DNA from: Oligoflexia bacterium
GTDB taxonomy: Bacteria > Bdellovibrionota > UBA1018
DNA: 64,000 nt
Assembly (NCBI GenBank): GCA_963758495.1
Contig: CAVWVI010000001.1
Span: 352,001 to 416,000 of the forward strand
Direction: 5' to 3'
Shown: positions 1-9,877 of the stretch, in pieces
Position numbering within the stretch: the stretch's first letter is position 1
How the letters are laid out: every line of letters starts with the position of its first letter
Position numbers and translations under genes: made by a program
Notes under the pieces: generated by a model
Told to the model about the DNA's origin: nothing
The model's input: only the letters and a program-made list of their open reading frames with translations
Database searches by the model: none

Positions 1-65
1 AAGACCAGAAAGAAGGAACATCGGCATTTGTGGAAAAGAGAACCCCTCATTTCAAAGGTAAGTAG
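1..65 (+). CDS. 3' end of an enoyl-CoA hydratase/crotonase-family protein (cut by window edge)
   Basis: Frame from nt 3 reads DQKEGTSAFVEKRTPHFKGK*, the typical crotonase C-terminus. Confidence 0.8.
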   Translation, partial: DQKEGTSAFVEKRTPHFKGK

Positions 66-97
66 TTCCTTTAGGGCTTTAATAGTTCCCACGCGGC

Positions 98-232
98 TCA
101 CCGGACGCAGACGACGTTACCAGTATGTCTACGATAGGCATCGAAACGGAAGCCGCCGCAGACAAAGCCAGTGAGGCCATTAAAGCCGAAGGCGCCGTCG
201 GTACGAGGATTCACCGACGACGACGACGACCA
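98..232 (-). other. DGR variable-repeat-like segment
   Basis: 35 of 36 consecutive codons (104..211) end in C/T. Preceded by TGG-(TCG)5 and followed by a GC-rich end (GTCTGCGTCCGGTGAGCCGCGTGG). Confidence 0.6.
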
Positions 233-629
233 AAACCATCCGCTTGCCATACCTGGAAGTGGCGTATATCCTCTCGGAGAACCCACTCCACGTGCTCTTC
301 CTAATGCTTGAAACTGTTCTTGTGTCGGCGCATTCCCGCCATTCTGCTCGCAAAGACCTGGATGATGCAATGACCTAAACCATCTGCGTTCATCCCATCC
401 AATTGCTCCTCTTTGATACATTGTGCATCGGCTGCAAGAGAACTGACGGTAAAAGGAGGTACTACGCCTGTGGGATCAGTGATTCGGTACATAGGTCCCC
501 ATGCTGCAAACTCAGGGACATAACCAGGATCGTTTGGATTTAATACAACATCTGCAACTTGAGGCACTAGTACTTCCGCTTGAACTGCTGCTGGAATAGG
601 TAATGGCAAGGCAGATCTTTGACCATTGG
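98..629 (-). pseudogene. Frameshifted, 5'-truncated gene with a DUF1566/Lcl-like (C-type-lectin-fold) C-terminus; candidate DGR target
   Basis: ORFs 301..699 and 98..421 overlap in different frames. The C-terminus reads C..NGG..PT.EQF.AL...WFWSSS...AFGFNG..G.V...VVCVR*. The 5' end runs into the 202-bp repeat at 630. Confidence 0.6.
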
Positions 630-831
630 AAGGTTGAAATAGACAACTCAATAAATCTGGGTAGAAGCACGCTCGTGCAACATTCAAATTAGAATCCAAT
701 CCAGTGCGACCACTTCCGGCATTGAGGTCATGTCTGAGGCACTCCGAACGACTTAATGGTGGGGCTTATTTTGGCTGGTGAGGCACTTACGAGAGACTTC
801 TGTGCTGTTAGGGTGGGATCGCAATCCGGCT
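630..831 (+). repeat. Left arm of a 202-bp inverted repeat
   Basis: Reverse complement matches 1070..1271 with 8 mismatches and no gaps (manual alignment). Confidence 0.97.
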
Positions 832-1069
832 TGCCAAGGAGAAGGCGCCTCGCTTTGTTTTTCTACGGGAGAAAGGAAGCGACGCGTTATTGAAAGTAAA
901 AGCAGAGAATCATAGAGTGATATTAGGTTCTCCTATGATTTACACACATCCTACAGAAATCGCCCAAACCAGCGCTTGGTCTCTCGACTTTATATAGGTT
1001 TGGTTAAATTTTGAGCGAAAATAATGATCCGTGAAAGATTAAAGTTCCCTGCTCTACCCCCCTTCCGCC

Positions 1070-1271
1070 AGCCGGATTGCGATCCCACCCTAACAGCACA
1101 GAAGTCTCTCGTAAGTGCCTCACCAGCCAAAATAAACCCCACCATTAAGTTGTCCGGAGTGCCTCAGGCATGACCTCAATGTCGGAAGCGGTCGCACTGG
1201 ATTGGATTCTAATTTGAATGTTGCACGACCGTGCTTCTACCCAGATTTATTGAGTTGTTTATTTCAACCTT
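1070..1271 (-). repeat. Right arm of a 202-bp inverted repeat
   Basis: Inverted copy of 630..831, separated by a 238-bp spacer. Confidence 0.97.
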
Positions 1272-1290
1272 TAGCGGATGAGTTTAATCT

Positions 1291-1632
1291 CTACCGGTTC
1301 TTGCGCGCCAGTTCGCTATTATATTGAAAATACCGATGAATCGCTTCAACTACAGAATCCGGCTCAAGCGAAAACTCTTCGGGATGAGAAATATGAATGG
1401 TCAATACAAGCGGCGTAGTCAGCGAGTGTTCCAATGCGGCTGTGACGATGTAGTCAGCAGCTTTATCGTCCAAATCCCGTTCCAGAAAAGGCGATGGATC
1501 GAGAGAGTCGAAGAGCTGATCGATATGATGCAAGCTCAGGTCAATATGGGTACGTCCGTTGTGTGTTCGATAGCGCGATCTGGACTGTCCACCCTCTATC
1601 TTTCCTCGGGTCATGTACAATGATGTACCCAC
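1291..1632 (-). pseudogene. Conserved hypothetical protein, probably 3'-truncated next to the inverted repeat
   Basis: Carries the QLFDSLDPSPFLERDLDDKAADYI motif. Stops 20 bp from the repeat arm and lacks the C-terminal hydrophobic helices I recall in this family. Confidence 0.5.
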
Positions 1633-1759
1633 ATAGCGTGGAGCTTATCTTGATTGAATACCTGGTGCAGTTCCCATTGGCGGCTCACTTTTTGAACTTC
1701 CTTAGAACTGCCTATAGCAAGAACCGCCCCGACCAGGCGGTCCGAAAGAGGCGGGACCT

Positions 1760-3295
1760 ATGGCGTTTCGCAATCAACCGTCCATTCCTTTTAATAGCAC
1801 TGAGCAGATGCTGAGCACTGAGCAGATGCTCCAGATATTCATAGATAGCGTCAAAGACTACGCCATCATCATGCTTGATGTAGCTGGGAACATCGTGACT
1901 TGGAACACGGGCGCTGAACACATTAAAGGATATACTGCAGAAGAGATCATTGGCGAGCACTTCTCCAAGCTTTATCCGCAGAAAGACCAAGATACAAGAA
2001 AGCCAGAACAGGAACTTAAACTAGCAACGTCTGAAGGCCGATTCGAAGATGAAGGGTGGAGAATCAAAAAAGATGGTTCTCGATTTTGGGCTAATGTAGT
2101 GATCACCCCTTTGTATGATCACTCAGGAATGCTCTTTGGCTTTGGGAAGGTGACTCGAGACTTGACTGAACGAAAGCAAGCAGAGTGTCGGCTTAAAGCA
2201 AGTGAACAAAAGTTCAGAGGACTTTTAGACTTTGCGGCTGACGCGATTGTTATTATCAAAGCAAACGGTAAGATCGAATTTGTAAATTGCCAAACTGAGA
2301 AGAGCTTTGGATACACCAGAACTCAATTGGTAGGTCAATCCTTAGAAATACTCATGCCCGAAAGATTTCGAAACGCACACGAACATCATCGCCTTGTCTA
2401 CTCTGAAAAACCTATACCTCGCCCAATGGGAACGGGACTTAGTCTGTATGGACTCAGAAACGATGGGATTGAATTCCCCATTGATATCACCATAGCTCCC
2501 CTTAAGGTGGGTACAGAGCTTTACTTGATCAGCATCGTGCGGGATATTTCTGAGCGAAAAAAACTTGAGAACGAAAGAAATCTCGCAATGCAAGCAAAAG
2601 AAGATATCCTTGGAATGGTCACTCATGACTTAAAGAATCCGCTACTAGCCATTAGCCTCAACTCAGAATTGCTATCTGCGTATCTCTTACACAAAGAAAC
2701 CTTATCTGATCTTCAAACCATTGCTGAAAGAATTCAAAACTCAACCACCCAAGCGCTGCGGCTCATTCAAGATATTTTGACAGAGAAGAAAATAAAATTG
2801 GGAACCTTCTCTTTAGAAATAGAAGCGGTAGATTTGCATGATTTAGTCAATAGGGCTGTAGATGTGATGCAGCCCATCGCAAATAGAAAGCCACTTCGAT
2901 TTGAAAAAAAGATCCCTTCAGAGAATATTCAGTTTTTTTGCGATCGAAACCGCATCTTTCAAGTGTTGTCTAATCTATTGGGCAATGCGATCAAATTTAC
3001 CCCTCCTGAAGGAACCATTTCTCTTCAAGTACGGGCGAAGCCTGATCAACTTATTTTCTTAGTCTCCGACACCGGCCCAGGAATCCCATCTAAAACTATT
3101 CCATATCTATTTAATCGCTATTGGCAAGACTCGAAGATAGCGAACGAAGGTATAGGGTTAGGTCTATCCATAGTTAAGGGAATTGTTGAAGCTCACGGTG
3201 GCAAAGTTTGGGCAGAAAGCAAAGTAGGAGTGGGAAGTAAATTCTATTTCACAATCCCTCTGGATACAAAAAAGTCTCTCAGGAGTGCTCGATAG
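1760..3295 (+). CDS. PAS-PAS sensor histidine kinase
   Basis: Two PAS domains, H-box THDLKNPL, N-box NLLGNAIKF, G boxes DTGPGI and GIGLGL. True start may be about 1808. Confidence 0.93.
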   Translation: MAFRNQPSIPFNSTEQMLSTEQMLQIFIDSVKDYAIIMLDVAGNIVTWNTGAEHIKGYTAEEIIGEHFSKLYPQKDQDTRKPEQELKLATSEGRFEDEGWRIKKDGSRFWANVVITPLYDHSGMLFGFGKVTRDLTERKQAECRLKASEQKFRGLLDFAADAIVIIKANGKIEFVNCQTEKSFGYTRTQLVGQSLEILMPERFRNAHEHHRLVYSEKPIPRPMGTGLSLYGLRNDGIEFPIDITIAPLKVGTELYLISIVRDISERKKLENERNLAMQAKEDILGMVTHDLKNPLLAISLNSELLSAYLLHKETLSDLQTIAERIQNSTTQALRLIQDILTEKKIKLGTFSLEIEAVDLHDLVNRAVDVMQPIANRKPLRFEKKIPSENIQFFCDRNRIFQVLSNLLGNAIKFTPPEGTISLQVRAKPDQLIFLVSDTGPGIPSKTIPYLFNRYWQDSKIANEGIGLGLSIVKGIVEAHGGKVWAESKVGVGSKFYFTIPLDTKKSLRSAR

Positions 3296-3307
3296 GGATA
3301 AGAAAAC

Positions 3308-6300
3308 TCAGTTGTATTTCGACTTGTTAAAAATCATGGATGACGGCAAATCCAAGACTAAGCAAAAGGGCCGATAACCATCCTGAGACAAAGGAGCGGT
3401 AAATTCTACATGAATCGACCCTCCTAGCTCTTCAATAAATCCTTTGACTGCATCCATTCCCACGCCTCGGCCTGACACTTCAGTCACCTTTTCAGCTGTG
3501 CTCAGGCCTGAGTGAAAAATGAGCTGAGCTATTTGTTCATCGCCAGAAATCATAAAAGATGTTGTAAAAGGTGTCTGGGAAGGTATCTGGGAAGATGGCT
3601 CTGAAATAATCCCCAGAGCGATGCCCTTTTGCTTCAATTTTTTAATATTGAGCCCTTTTCCGTTATCTTGAACACGGAGCTGGTATTCGCCGTGGGGTGT
3701 GACGCTGGTCTGGATCTTAATCTCCCCAAGTTGAGCGGGAATACCGAAATCCATGCAATTTCCTAAAATGTGGCCAAAAATTCCTTCCAGCTTGAGTGTA
3801 TTTGAAGAGTTGAGGAAAATAGTGGGGCCGGTAATCTGAACGGACGGAACTTGCTTTTCAAGCTTTTCAGCAAGAGCAGGCAAGCTTTCCAATAAAGGCG
3901 TTAAAAATTCCGTGAGCGACTGGGATAATTGAGCATCTACCCACTTTCGGACATCGTCTAGACTACCTCGGGAAAGCGCCTCTTGAACCAGCTTCCAAAC
4001 AGAGGTGGCTGAACCTGGCCTTCTCCCGAGCTTATTTCGATATAGACTGTCATATTCATTCATCACGTCTTTGATCCGGGCGATGTCTTGAGTCAATCGT
4101 TCCACTTTCCAGCCCAAAATCGAGGGCATTTTTATGTATTCGAAGTAAAACTGCTCAGCATCGTGAACTAAAGAGGTCATGTCATGGAGTTTGAAAGTGC
4201 GACTATTTCCTTTGAGTGTATGGAGATACCTGAAAATTAATTTTGACTGCTCAATGCTGAAAGAGATCCAGCTCTGTTCGGGACGTACTTGTTTCTGAGC
4301 TTCCAAATAGTTGATCATCTGGAGAGCACTTTCAAGGTCCTGGATACTAGTTTTCCAGAAAATTTCATATCGAGAAGGCTCTAGAGCGATGAGCTGGCCG
4401 ATCCTATCGAGTTCTCTTCGTTGAGCTTTAGCTTCCAATTTAGCTTTTCTCAGATCGGTCACATCTCTGAGAGTGACCATAATTTTTATGATCACCCCAT
4501 TTTGATTTTCAATGGGCACCCAATCCAATTCAAGAATCTGACGACCCGATTTTCGATTGATTTCAGCTGGCAACGTATGGTCGTTAATTGAGTACTGAAA
4601 TAGGGTGTCATCGAAACTCAATTTTAATGCCTCACGAACCTGATTACGTTGGTCCGAACTTATATTTGAATCGTGAAATAAAATGTCATCAAAAATCAGT
4701 CCTTCGAGCTTGTCATTTTCCAAAATAGAATGAAGGTACTGGGAGTAGTCCCGATGAATCTTAAAATCGACGCCAAACGTAAAAACCCCGGAACGAATAT
4801 TCTCTAAAATAGTTCGAATATTTTGTTGGGACTCAAGAAGTTCTTGTGTTCTTTGTTTTACTTTATCTTCCAAAGAAGCATAAAGAAGTGCGTTTTCAAT
4901 CGAAACTGCAATTTGAGAACAAATCATCTGCAGTAACTCAAACCGATCTTTTCTAAAAGCATGGGTAGCTAGGTTGTTTTCTAAGTAAAGGATACCGACG
5001 GTTTTACCTTGGTGAATTATAGGAAGACAGAGAAGAGATTTCGGCTTTTGACGCCTAATCCACGGATCTTGATTATATTCTTTTGATGTTGCGGCATCTT
5101 CCAAGATAACTGGGCTAGCACTTCTTGCAACATAACGGACAATAGAAATAGCAAGTGCATGACTTTGACTCAGTGGGATCGATTTGAGAACTTGTACTTC
5201 GCCCCCGGCCAAGTACGATGCTTGGATCCACCATTCTTCGGAGTCATTTGATTCATCTTTTAATAAAATAAATCCTTTCTGTGCTCCTGCATTTTCTGCC
5301 AAAATGCTCATCATCTTCGCTAAGAGTCGTTCAAGTTGAATTTCTCCTGAGATCACTCGAGAAGCACTCATCACCGACTCTAAATCGAGCAGGCTCCCTC
5401 CTGCAGAAGTTGTTGTGGATGAATTTGTGGATGAAAGGGACGTCGTCAGAGTGATCGAGCGTTTCGCAGACTCAGATGACAGAAAATATTCAGGATATTT
5501 GAATTCGAGGTGATCGACTTTAGCCAGGGCTCCCCATTGTTGATAATAGAACCGAGCAAGCTGGATCAGCTTTTTAGCCTGCTCGTCACGCTTAAGTTCA
5601 AAACAATACTCTGCAAAACGCTCGCTAGCAAATGCCGCATCACCGAGGATGGCATTGTCCTTTGCTGTTTGAATAGATTCTTCAAAAAGTGCTGAGGCTT
5701 GATTATGATCCCCAAGGAAATAGGCTAGCTCTGCCTCAACCAATAAGTACTTTTGACGAAAGTTCATCGGCGCTGACGTAGCCCATCTTTTAAGGATACC
5801 TAAATTCTGTTTGACCTTTTTGAGAGCCTTGGTTTTATGTGTACTTTTTGGCTCAGATTTGAATTTTTTAAGAAGAGCCACGCATTGAATCATAAAATAG
5901 GCAGGGTGAAGTATCATGACCGGTTGCTCGTCAATGAGAAGGTCAGCCTTTTCACATTTTGCTAAAACGGTATCAGTAAGACCAAAGAAGCTGGCTAGAT
6001 AAGCTGCAAAACCATGAGCCTGAAAAAGACTCATCATGTTTTTATCCCGTTCCAACTTTGGAACCATGACTGACTCATCGAAGATCTTTCCAAAAAGTCC
6101 CTGGGGGACCCGTGCAGGATCCGCTAAATGGTTACCTAGAGTCTGGATGCATTGATAGCAGGTATCCGCCATCTCAAGAAAAGTGTATTGATTCATTTTC
6201 ATTAAATTACTGCGTGTGCTCTGAACTTGAGGCAGAAGAACAGAAAATTTTTCACCACAAAAAAAATCCATCATAACTGGAGAATACGTGAAGATCGCCA

Positions 6301-9300
6301 TCATTTCGTAATTCCCGACCTCATAAGCCGAGGTATAGGCCTTTTTCATCATCTGGATGACATCTTTGAGGGGTGTCCACTGCCAAATAGAAAAGTACGC
6401 AGAAGGCCCAAAGACATTCGCCCGAGTGATCGCATTTCCAAATTTTTCTTGTAGGGCAAAGCCGGTCTTTTGAAACCTCTGAGCTGATTTGAGATCACCT
6501 ATCCTCGCTAGAACCATTGAGTAGAGGGCATATCCCCTTCCGCTGGCAGGATGATTCCCTTTTTGAAGCGTGAGTTTGACCATCGTTCCTAAATAGATGG
6601 GTATATAGATAGGAAAGGCAATGGTGCACGCAGGACCCACTTTAAAGAGAGTCTCCATGGCTTTAGAATATTTTTCATCGGTCATGGCTGGAAAGCTGCT
6701 CACTTTTTCGACAGGAGTAAAAGCCATTCTTAACTGAGTCGCGATGATCATTTGAATGACATGAATACGTTTTGTAGTGCGGGGGTCCCTCATTTTAATT
6801 CCAAGTTTATCTAAAACTCGAAACCCTTCTAAGGTTGCTTCTGCCGGTTTTGCTTGTGCCATCAGCGCTCTGAGGTGAATAAATGAGACCTGAATATCGG
6901 TGTTCAAATCTTTGAGATTCTTCTTCAGCGTACTGAGTACTGGCATCAGTTCGTCAAATTGATGATTGAGTAGTTTAGCTTCCCCCAGTTCCAGATAAAT
7001 AGTTTGAGTCAGATTAAAATGGGACTCCCAGGAGTTTTCAGGAAGAAAGGCTTTCGCGACTTCCAAAAACTCTAATAAGGGTTTGTAAGCAATTGCCGCT
7101 TTAGCTTTTTTTGCTGCAATCAAATTTAACTCGATGAGCTGCATTTGATCGGACGATCCAGTCACTCGTCGTTGACCGGCATTGAAGTGGGCTATGATTT
7201 CAAAAATCTGTTCATCGATTTGACCTTTAGGAGTATTGTTTAAGAGGATCTTACCAATTTCATAATGAATTTTCTCTTTTTCAAGTTGATCAATTAAAGA
7301 ATAAGAGGCTTGCTGGACCCGATCATGAAGAAATTTAACTTGCGCCGATTTCGCCTCTTGCTCCTGATCTGTAAGAGACTTTAAAATGCTCATTGTGTCG
7401 CCGCCCATGGGTGTCAGGAGCCCTGCTTCAACGGCTGGCCATAGATGGATGCCTACTTGAGAGGGTGGCAATTTAGAAACGACTGAAAGAGTGTGAATGG
7501 AAAAGGTACTTCCAATACAGGCCGCGAGTTTCAAGACTTCTTGGGTTTCTTGTGGAAGTTTTTGGAGCTTTCTGACCAAGAGTTCTACCACATTATCTGT
7601 AATACCCATGGAATGAATTTGATCCAGCTCCCACTTCCATTTATTTTCCTGAACGGAAAACCGGATCAGTTTTTCCTGATAAAGGGTATTGAGAAACTGA
7701 GCAGCGAAAAATGGGTTTCCTTGAGTTTTCTCCATAAGAAGATCTGCAAAGGAGTGCACACTCTTTTGCTCTTCTTTGAAAGTATCGCAGAGAAGTTCAA
7801 TGATATTTTCAATACGAAAAGGGACTAGTTTTATAGTTTGAAAGAACTTGAATTTCTTTACCGTTTCGAGGGTGAGCATCAGTGGATGAGCGAGGTCTAC
7901 TTCGTTGTCACGAAAGGCTCCAATGATCATGAGATATTTCTGATTCTCTTCAAGTAAGATCATCTTCAACAATTCCAAGGTTGGAATATCAGCCCATTGT
8001 AGATCATCCATAAAAATAACAAGAGGATGCTCCACTTTCGTAAATACTCGTATAAAATTTAAGAAAACGGAGTTCAGCCGAAATTGCGCAGCCGATTGTT
8101 CTAATCGAGCAACTGGAGGTTGGGGGCCTAGAATAGAGGAGAGTTCGGGAATAATGTCGATGAGTACTTGTCCGTTGTCTCCCAGAGCGAGCTGAAGTTC
8201 ACTTTTCCACCGTTTTAATTCTGAGTCATTTTGAAGCATCAGGAACTTGACTAATTCCTGAAAGGCCGTTGCGAGAGCTGAGTAAGGGATATTCTTTTTA
8301 TATTGGTCGTATTTTCCGCTCATAAAAAGTCCTCGGCTTTCCACCAAGGGTTTATGAACTTCATGAACGACCGAAGACTTTCCTATTCCGGAAAAACCAG
8401 AAACGAGCAAAAGTTCTGCTGCACCCTCTTTGACCTTTTGAAAAGTATCCAAAATGGTCTGAACTTCCTTTTCACGACCATAAAGTTTTTGAGGGATTTG
8501 GAAACGACTGGTGATGTCTTTCGTGCCCAGAGGGAAGTTTTCAATCTTCCCGGTCTCCTGGTACTGTTTCAAACACTGAGTTAAATCTACGATCAACCCT
8601 CCGATCCCTTGGTATCGTTTATCTGCATTTTTTTCTAAGAGCTTCAGAATGATTTTTGAAAGTACAGGTGGGATAGAAGGATTTTTTTCATGGGGAGGTA
8701 TCGGAGATTTTGCCACGTGACAATGAACCATCCCCATCGGGCTGTCGGCATTGAATGGGAGTTCATGACAGAGCAATTCGTAAAGAGTCACGCCAAGTGA
8801 ATAATAGTCGGACCGGCAATCCATGGTCCGATTCATACGACCCGTTTGTTCTGGAGAAATATAGGCTAAGGTGCCTTCCAATGCTTCTGGAGGAATGGCT
8901 TCTTGTTTTTCAGCACTTAACTCTATGGCAATTCCAAAATCAAGCAGTTGAATATGTCCGGTCGATAGCTCATAAACGATATTGTCAGGCTTAATGTCTT
9001 TATGAAGAACCCCTTTAGAATGCACACGCCCTAATATTTCACAAAGCTGAATCGACAATTTTAAAACTGCTTCCAAATTCAACTTCTTCTGTCCTATGAG
9101 TTCTTTTAGAGAGTGGAATTGACCTTCCTCTTTAAACACCAAAGTGACTTTCTGATGATCTTCAATGAGCCCTAAGCATTTGGGAATACCTGGGCCTTCA
9201 AGCTTCTGAGCCATCTGACATTCATGTTGGTACCGGGCAATCTCGGCAGGAGAGGGCAGCTCCTTATCAAAACGTTTTAATATGACAGATTGATGCGTGG

Positions 9301-9379
9301 CGGTCTCCAGTGCTCGGTAAACCGAAGTTTTGGAGTGCTGATAAATGAGTTCAGTAATTTTGTAGTTCTTAAATTCCAC
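3308..9379 (-). CDS. Multidomain Ser/Thr kinase - AAA ATPase - GAF - Hpt - CheA-like HATPase hybrid kinase
   Basis: Kinase motifs HKDIKPDN, DFG and GTLAYISPEQTGRMNR; Walker A GFSGIGKS; GAF motif GILYLENN; Hpt-like FRYLHTLKGNSR; CheA-type IFHSGLSTAEKVTEVSGRGVGMDAV. Confidence 0.9.
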   Translation of the reverse strand: MEFKNYKITELIYQHSKTSVYRALETATHQSVILKRFDKELPSPAEIARYQHECQMAQKLEGPGIPKCLGLIEDHQKVTLVFKEEGQFHSLKELIGQKKLNLEAVLKLSIQLCEILGRVHSKGVLHKDIKPDNIVYELSTGHIQLLDFGIAIELSAEKQEAIPPEALEGTLAYISPEQTGRMNRTMDCRSDYYSLGVTLYELLCHELPFNADSPMGMVHCHVAKSPIPPHEKNPSIPPVLSKIILKLLEKNADKRYQGIGGLIVDLTQCLKQYQETGKIENFPLGTKDITSRFQIPQKLYGREKEVQTILDTFQKVKEGAAELLLVSGFSGIGKSSVVHEVHKPLVESRGLFMSGKYDQYKKNIPYSALATAFQELVKFLMLQNDSELKRWKSELQLALGDNGQVLIDIIPELSSILGPQPPVARLEQSAAQFRLNSVFLNFIRVFTKVEHPLVIFMDDLQWADIPTLELLKMILLEENQKYLMIIGAFRDNEVDLAHPLMLTLETVKKFKFFQTIKLVPFRIENIIELLCDTFKEEQKSVHSFADLLMEKTQGNPFFAAQFLNTLYQEKLIRFSVQENKWKWELDQIHSMGITDNVVELLVRKLQKLPQETQEVLKLAACIGSTFSIHTLSVVSKLPPSQVGIHLWPAVEAGLLTPMGGDTMSILKSLTDQEQEAKSAQVKFLHDRVQQASYSLIDQLEKEKIHYEIGKILLNNTPKGQIDEQIFEIIAHFNAGQRRVTGSSDQMQLIELNLIAAKKAKAAIAYKPLLEFLEVAKAFLPENSWESHFNLTQTIYLELGEAKLLNHQFDELMPVLSTLKKNLKDLNTDIQVSFIHLRALMAQAKPAEATLEGFRVLDKLGIKMRDPRTTKRIHVIQMIIATQLRMAFTPVEKVSSFPAMTDEKYSKAMETLFKVGPACTIAFPIYIPIYLGTMVKLTLQKGNHPASGRGYALYSMVLARIGDLKSAQRFQKTGFALQEKFGNAITRANVFGPSAYFSIWQWTPLKDVIQMMKKAYTSAYEVGNYEMMAIFTYSPVMMDFFCGEKFSVLLPQVQSTRSNLMKMNQYTFLEMADTCYQCIQTLGNHLADPARVPQGLFGKIFDESVMVPKLERDKNMMSLFQAHGFAAYLASFFGLTDTVLAKCEKADLLIDEQPVMILHPAYFMIQCVALLKKFKSEPKSTHKTKALKKVKQNLGILKRWATSAPMNFRQKYLLVEAELAYFLGDHNQASALFEESIQTAKDNAILGDAAFASERFAEYCFELKRDEQAKKLIQLARFYYQQWGALAKVDHLEFKYPEYFLSSESAKRSITLTTSLSSTNSSTTTSAGGSLLDLESVMSASRVISGEIQLERLLAKMMSILAENAGAQKGFILLKDESNDSEEWWIQASYLAGGEVQVLKSIPLSQSHALAISIVRYVARSASPVILEDAATSKEYNQDPWIRRQKPKSLLCLPIIHQGKTVGILYLENNLATHAFRKDRFELLQMICSQIAVSIENALLYASLEDKVKQRTQELLESQQNIRTILENIRSGVFTFGVDFKIHRDYSQYLHSILENDKLEGLIFDDILFHDSNISSDQRNQVREALKLSFDDTLFQYSINDHTLPAEINRKSGRQILELDWVPIENQNGVIIKIMVTLRDVTDLRKAKLEAKAQRRELDRIGQLIALEPSRYEIFWKTSIQDLESALQMINYLEAQKQVRPEQSWISFSIEQSKLIFRYLHTLKGNSRTFKLHDMTSLVHDAEQFYFEYIKMPSILGWKVERLTQDIARIKDVMNEYDSLYRNKLGRRPGSATSVWKLVQEALSRGSLDDVRKWVDAQLSQSLTEFLTPLLESLPALAEKLEKQVPSVQITGPTIFLNSSNTLKLEGIFGHILGNCMDFGIPAQLGEIKIQTSVTPHGEYQLRVQDNGKGLNIKKLKQKGIALGIISEPSSQIPSQTPFTTSFMISGDEQIAQLIFHSGLSTAEKVTEVSGRGVGMDAVKGFIEELGGSIHVEFTAPLSQDGYRPFCLVLDLPSSMIFNKSKYN

Positions 9380-9877
9380 CAGTAGACCTCTAATGGGTCC
9401 TATCGGTATGTAAGGCTAAAAAGTAAAGTAAAGTGTGAATGATCATTTTAGGGATTGATAAGTTTTGTCAGTAAAAGCTTTTGAAATGCTTGATAAATAA
9501 TGGTTTCCAAGCCCCTGAATGTCTGAGACTTTTTTGTTACGACACAAAAACATGAACAGAAACAGGAGCCTGGAATGGAACTTAAGTTATCTAAATTAGG
9601 TGAGCCGAGGCACCCGAGGTTTTTGAAGGGCTCTCTTCGTCCCTTCAAAATGTGATCAAGATAAGAAGATTTGTCTCACGACTTCAATTGTGTTTGAGAA
9701 CAATCGTCATCCCAATAAGAATTCTTTTTCAGCTCTAAATGAAGTACGAAAGAAACATTGAACAGGTTGTCGACATAGTGCACTTTGCCCTCGGGAATGC
9801 TGGGTTTCTACCTTTTTCAAAAAAGGAGCAAAGTAGTTTTTTTGCACCCAAATTTCAATGTCCTCTATTTGCTTGAT

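Noticed and set aside
890..1000. Short frame ending AWSLDFI, like an IS3/rve catalytic motif; GTTCTCCTAT like an IS91 oriIS end
   Set aside because: Matches are too short and have no supporting transposase sequence.
1240..1271. TTATTTCAACC resembling a XerD arm of a dif site
   Set aside because: No XerC-like arm at 6-bp spacing.
9650..9877. Possible decayed gene fragment between dnaE2 and the hybrid kinase
   Set aside because: Short open stretches in two frames with no recognisable motif.
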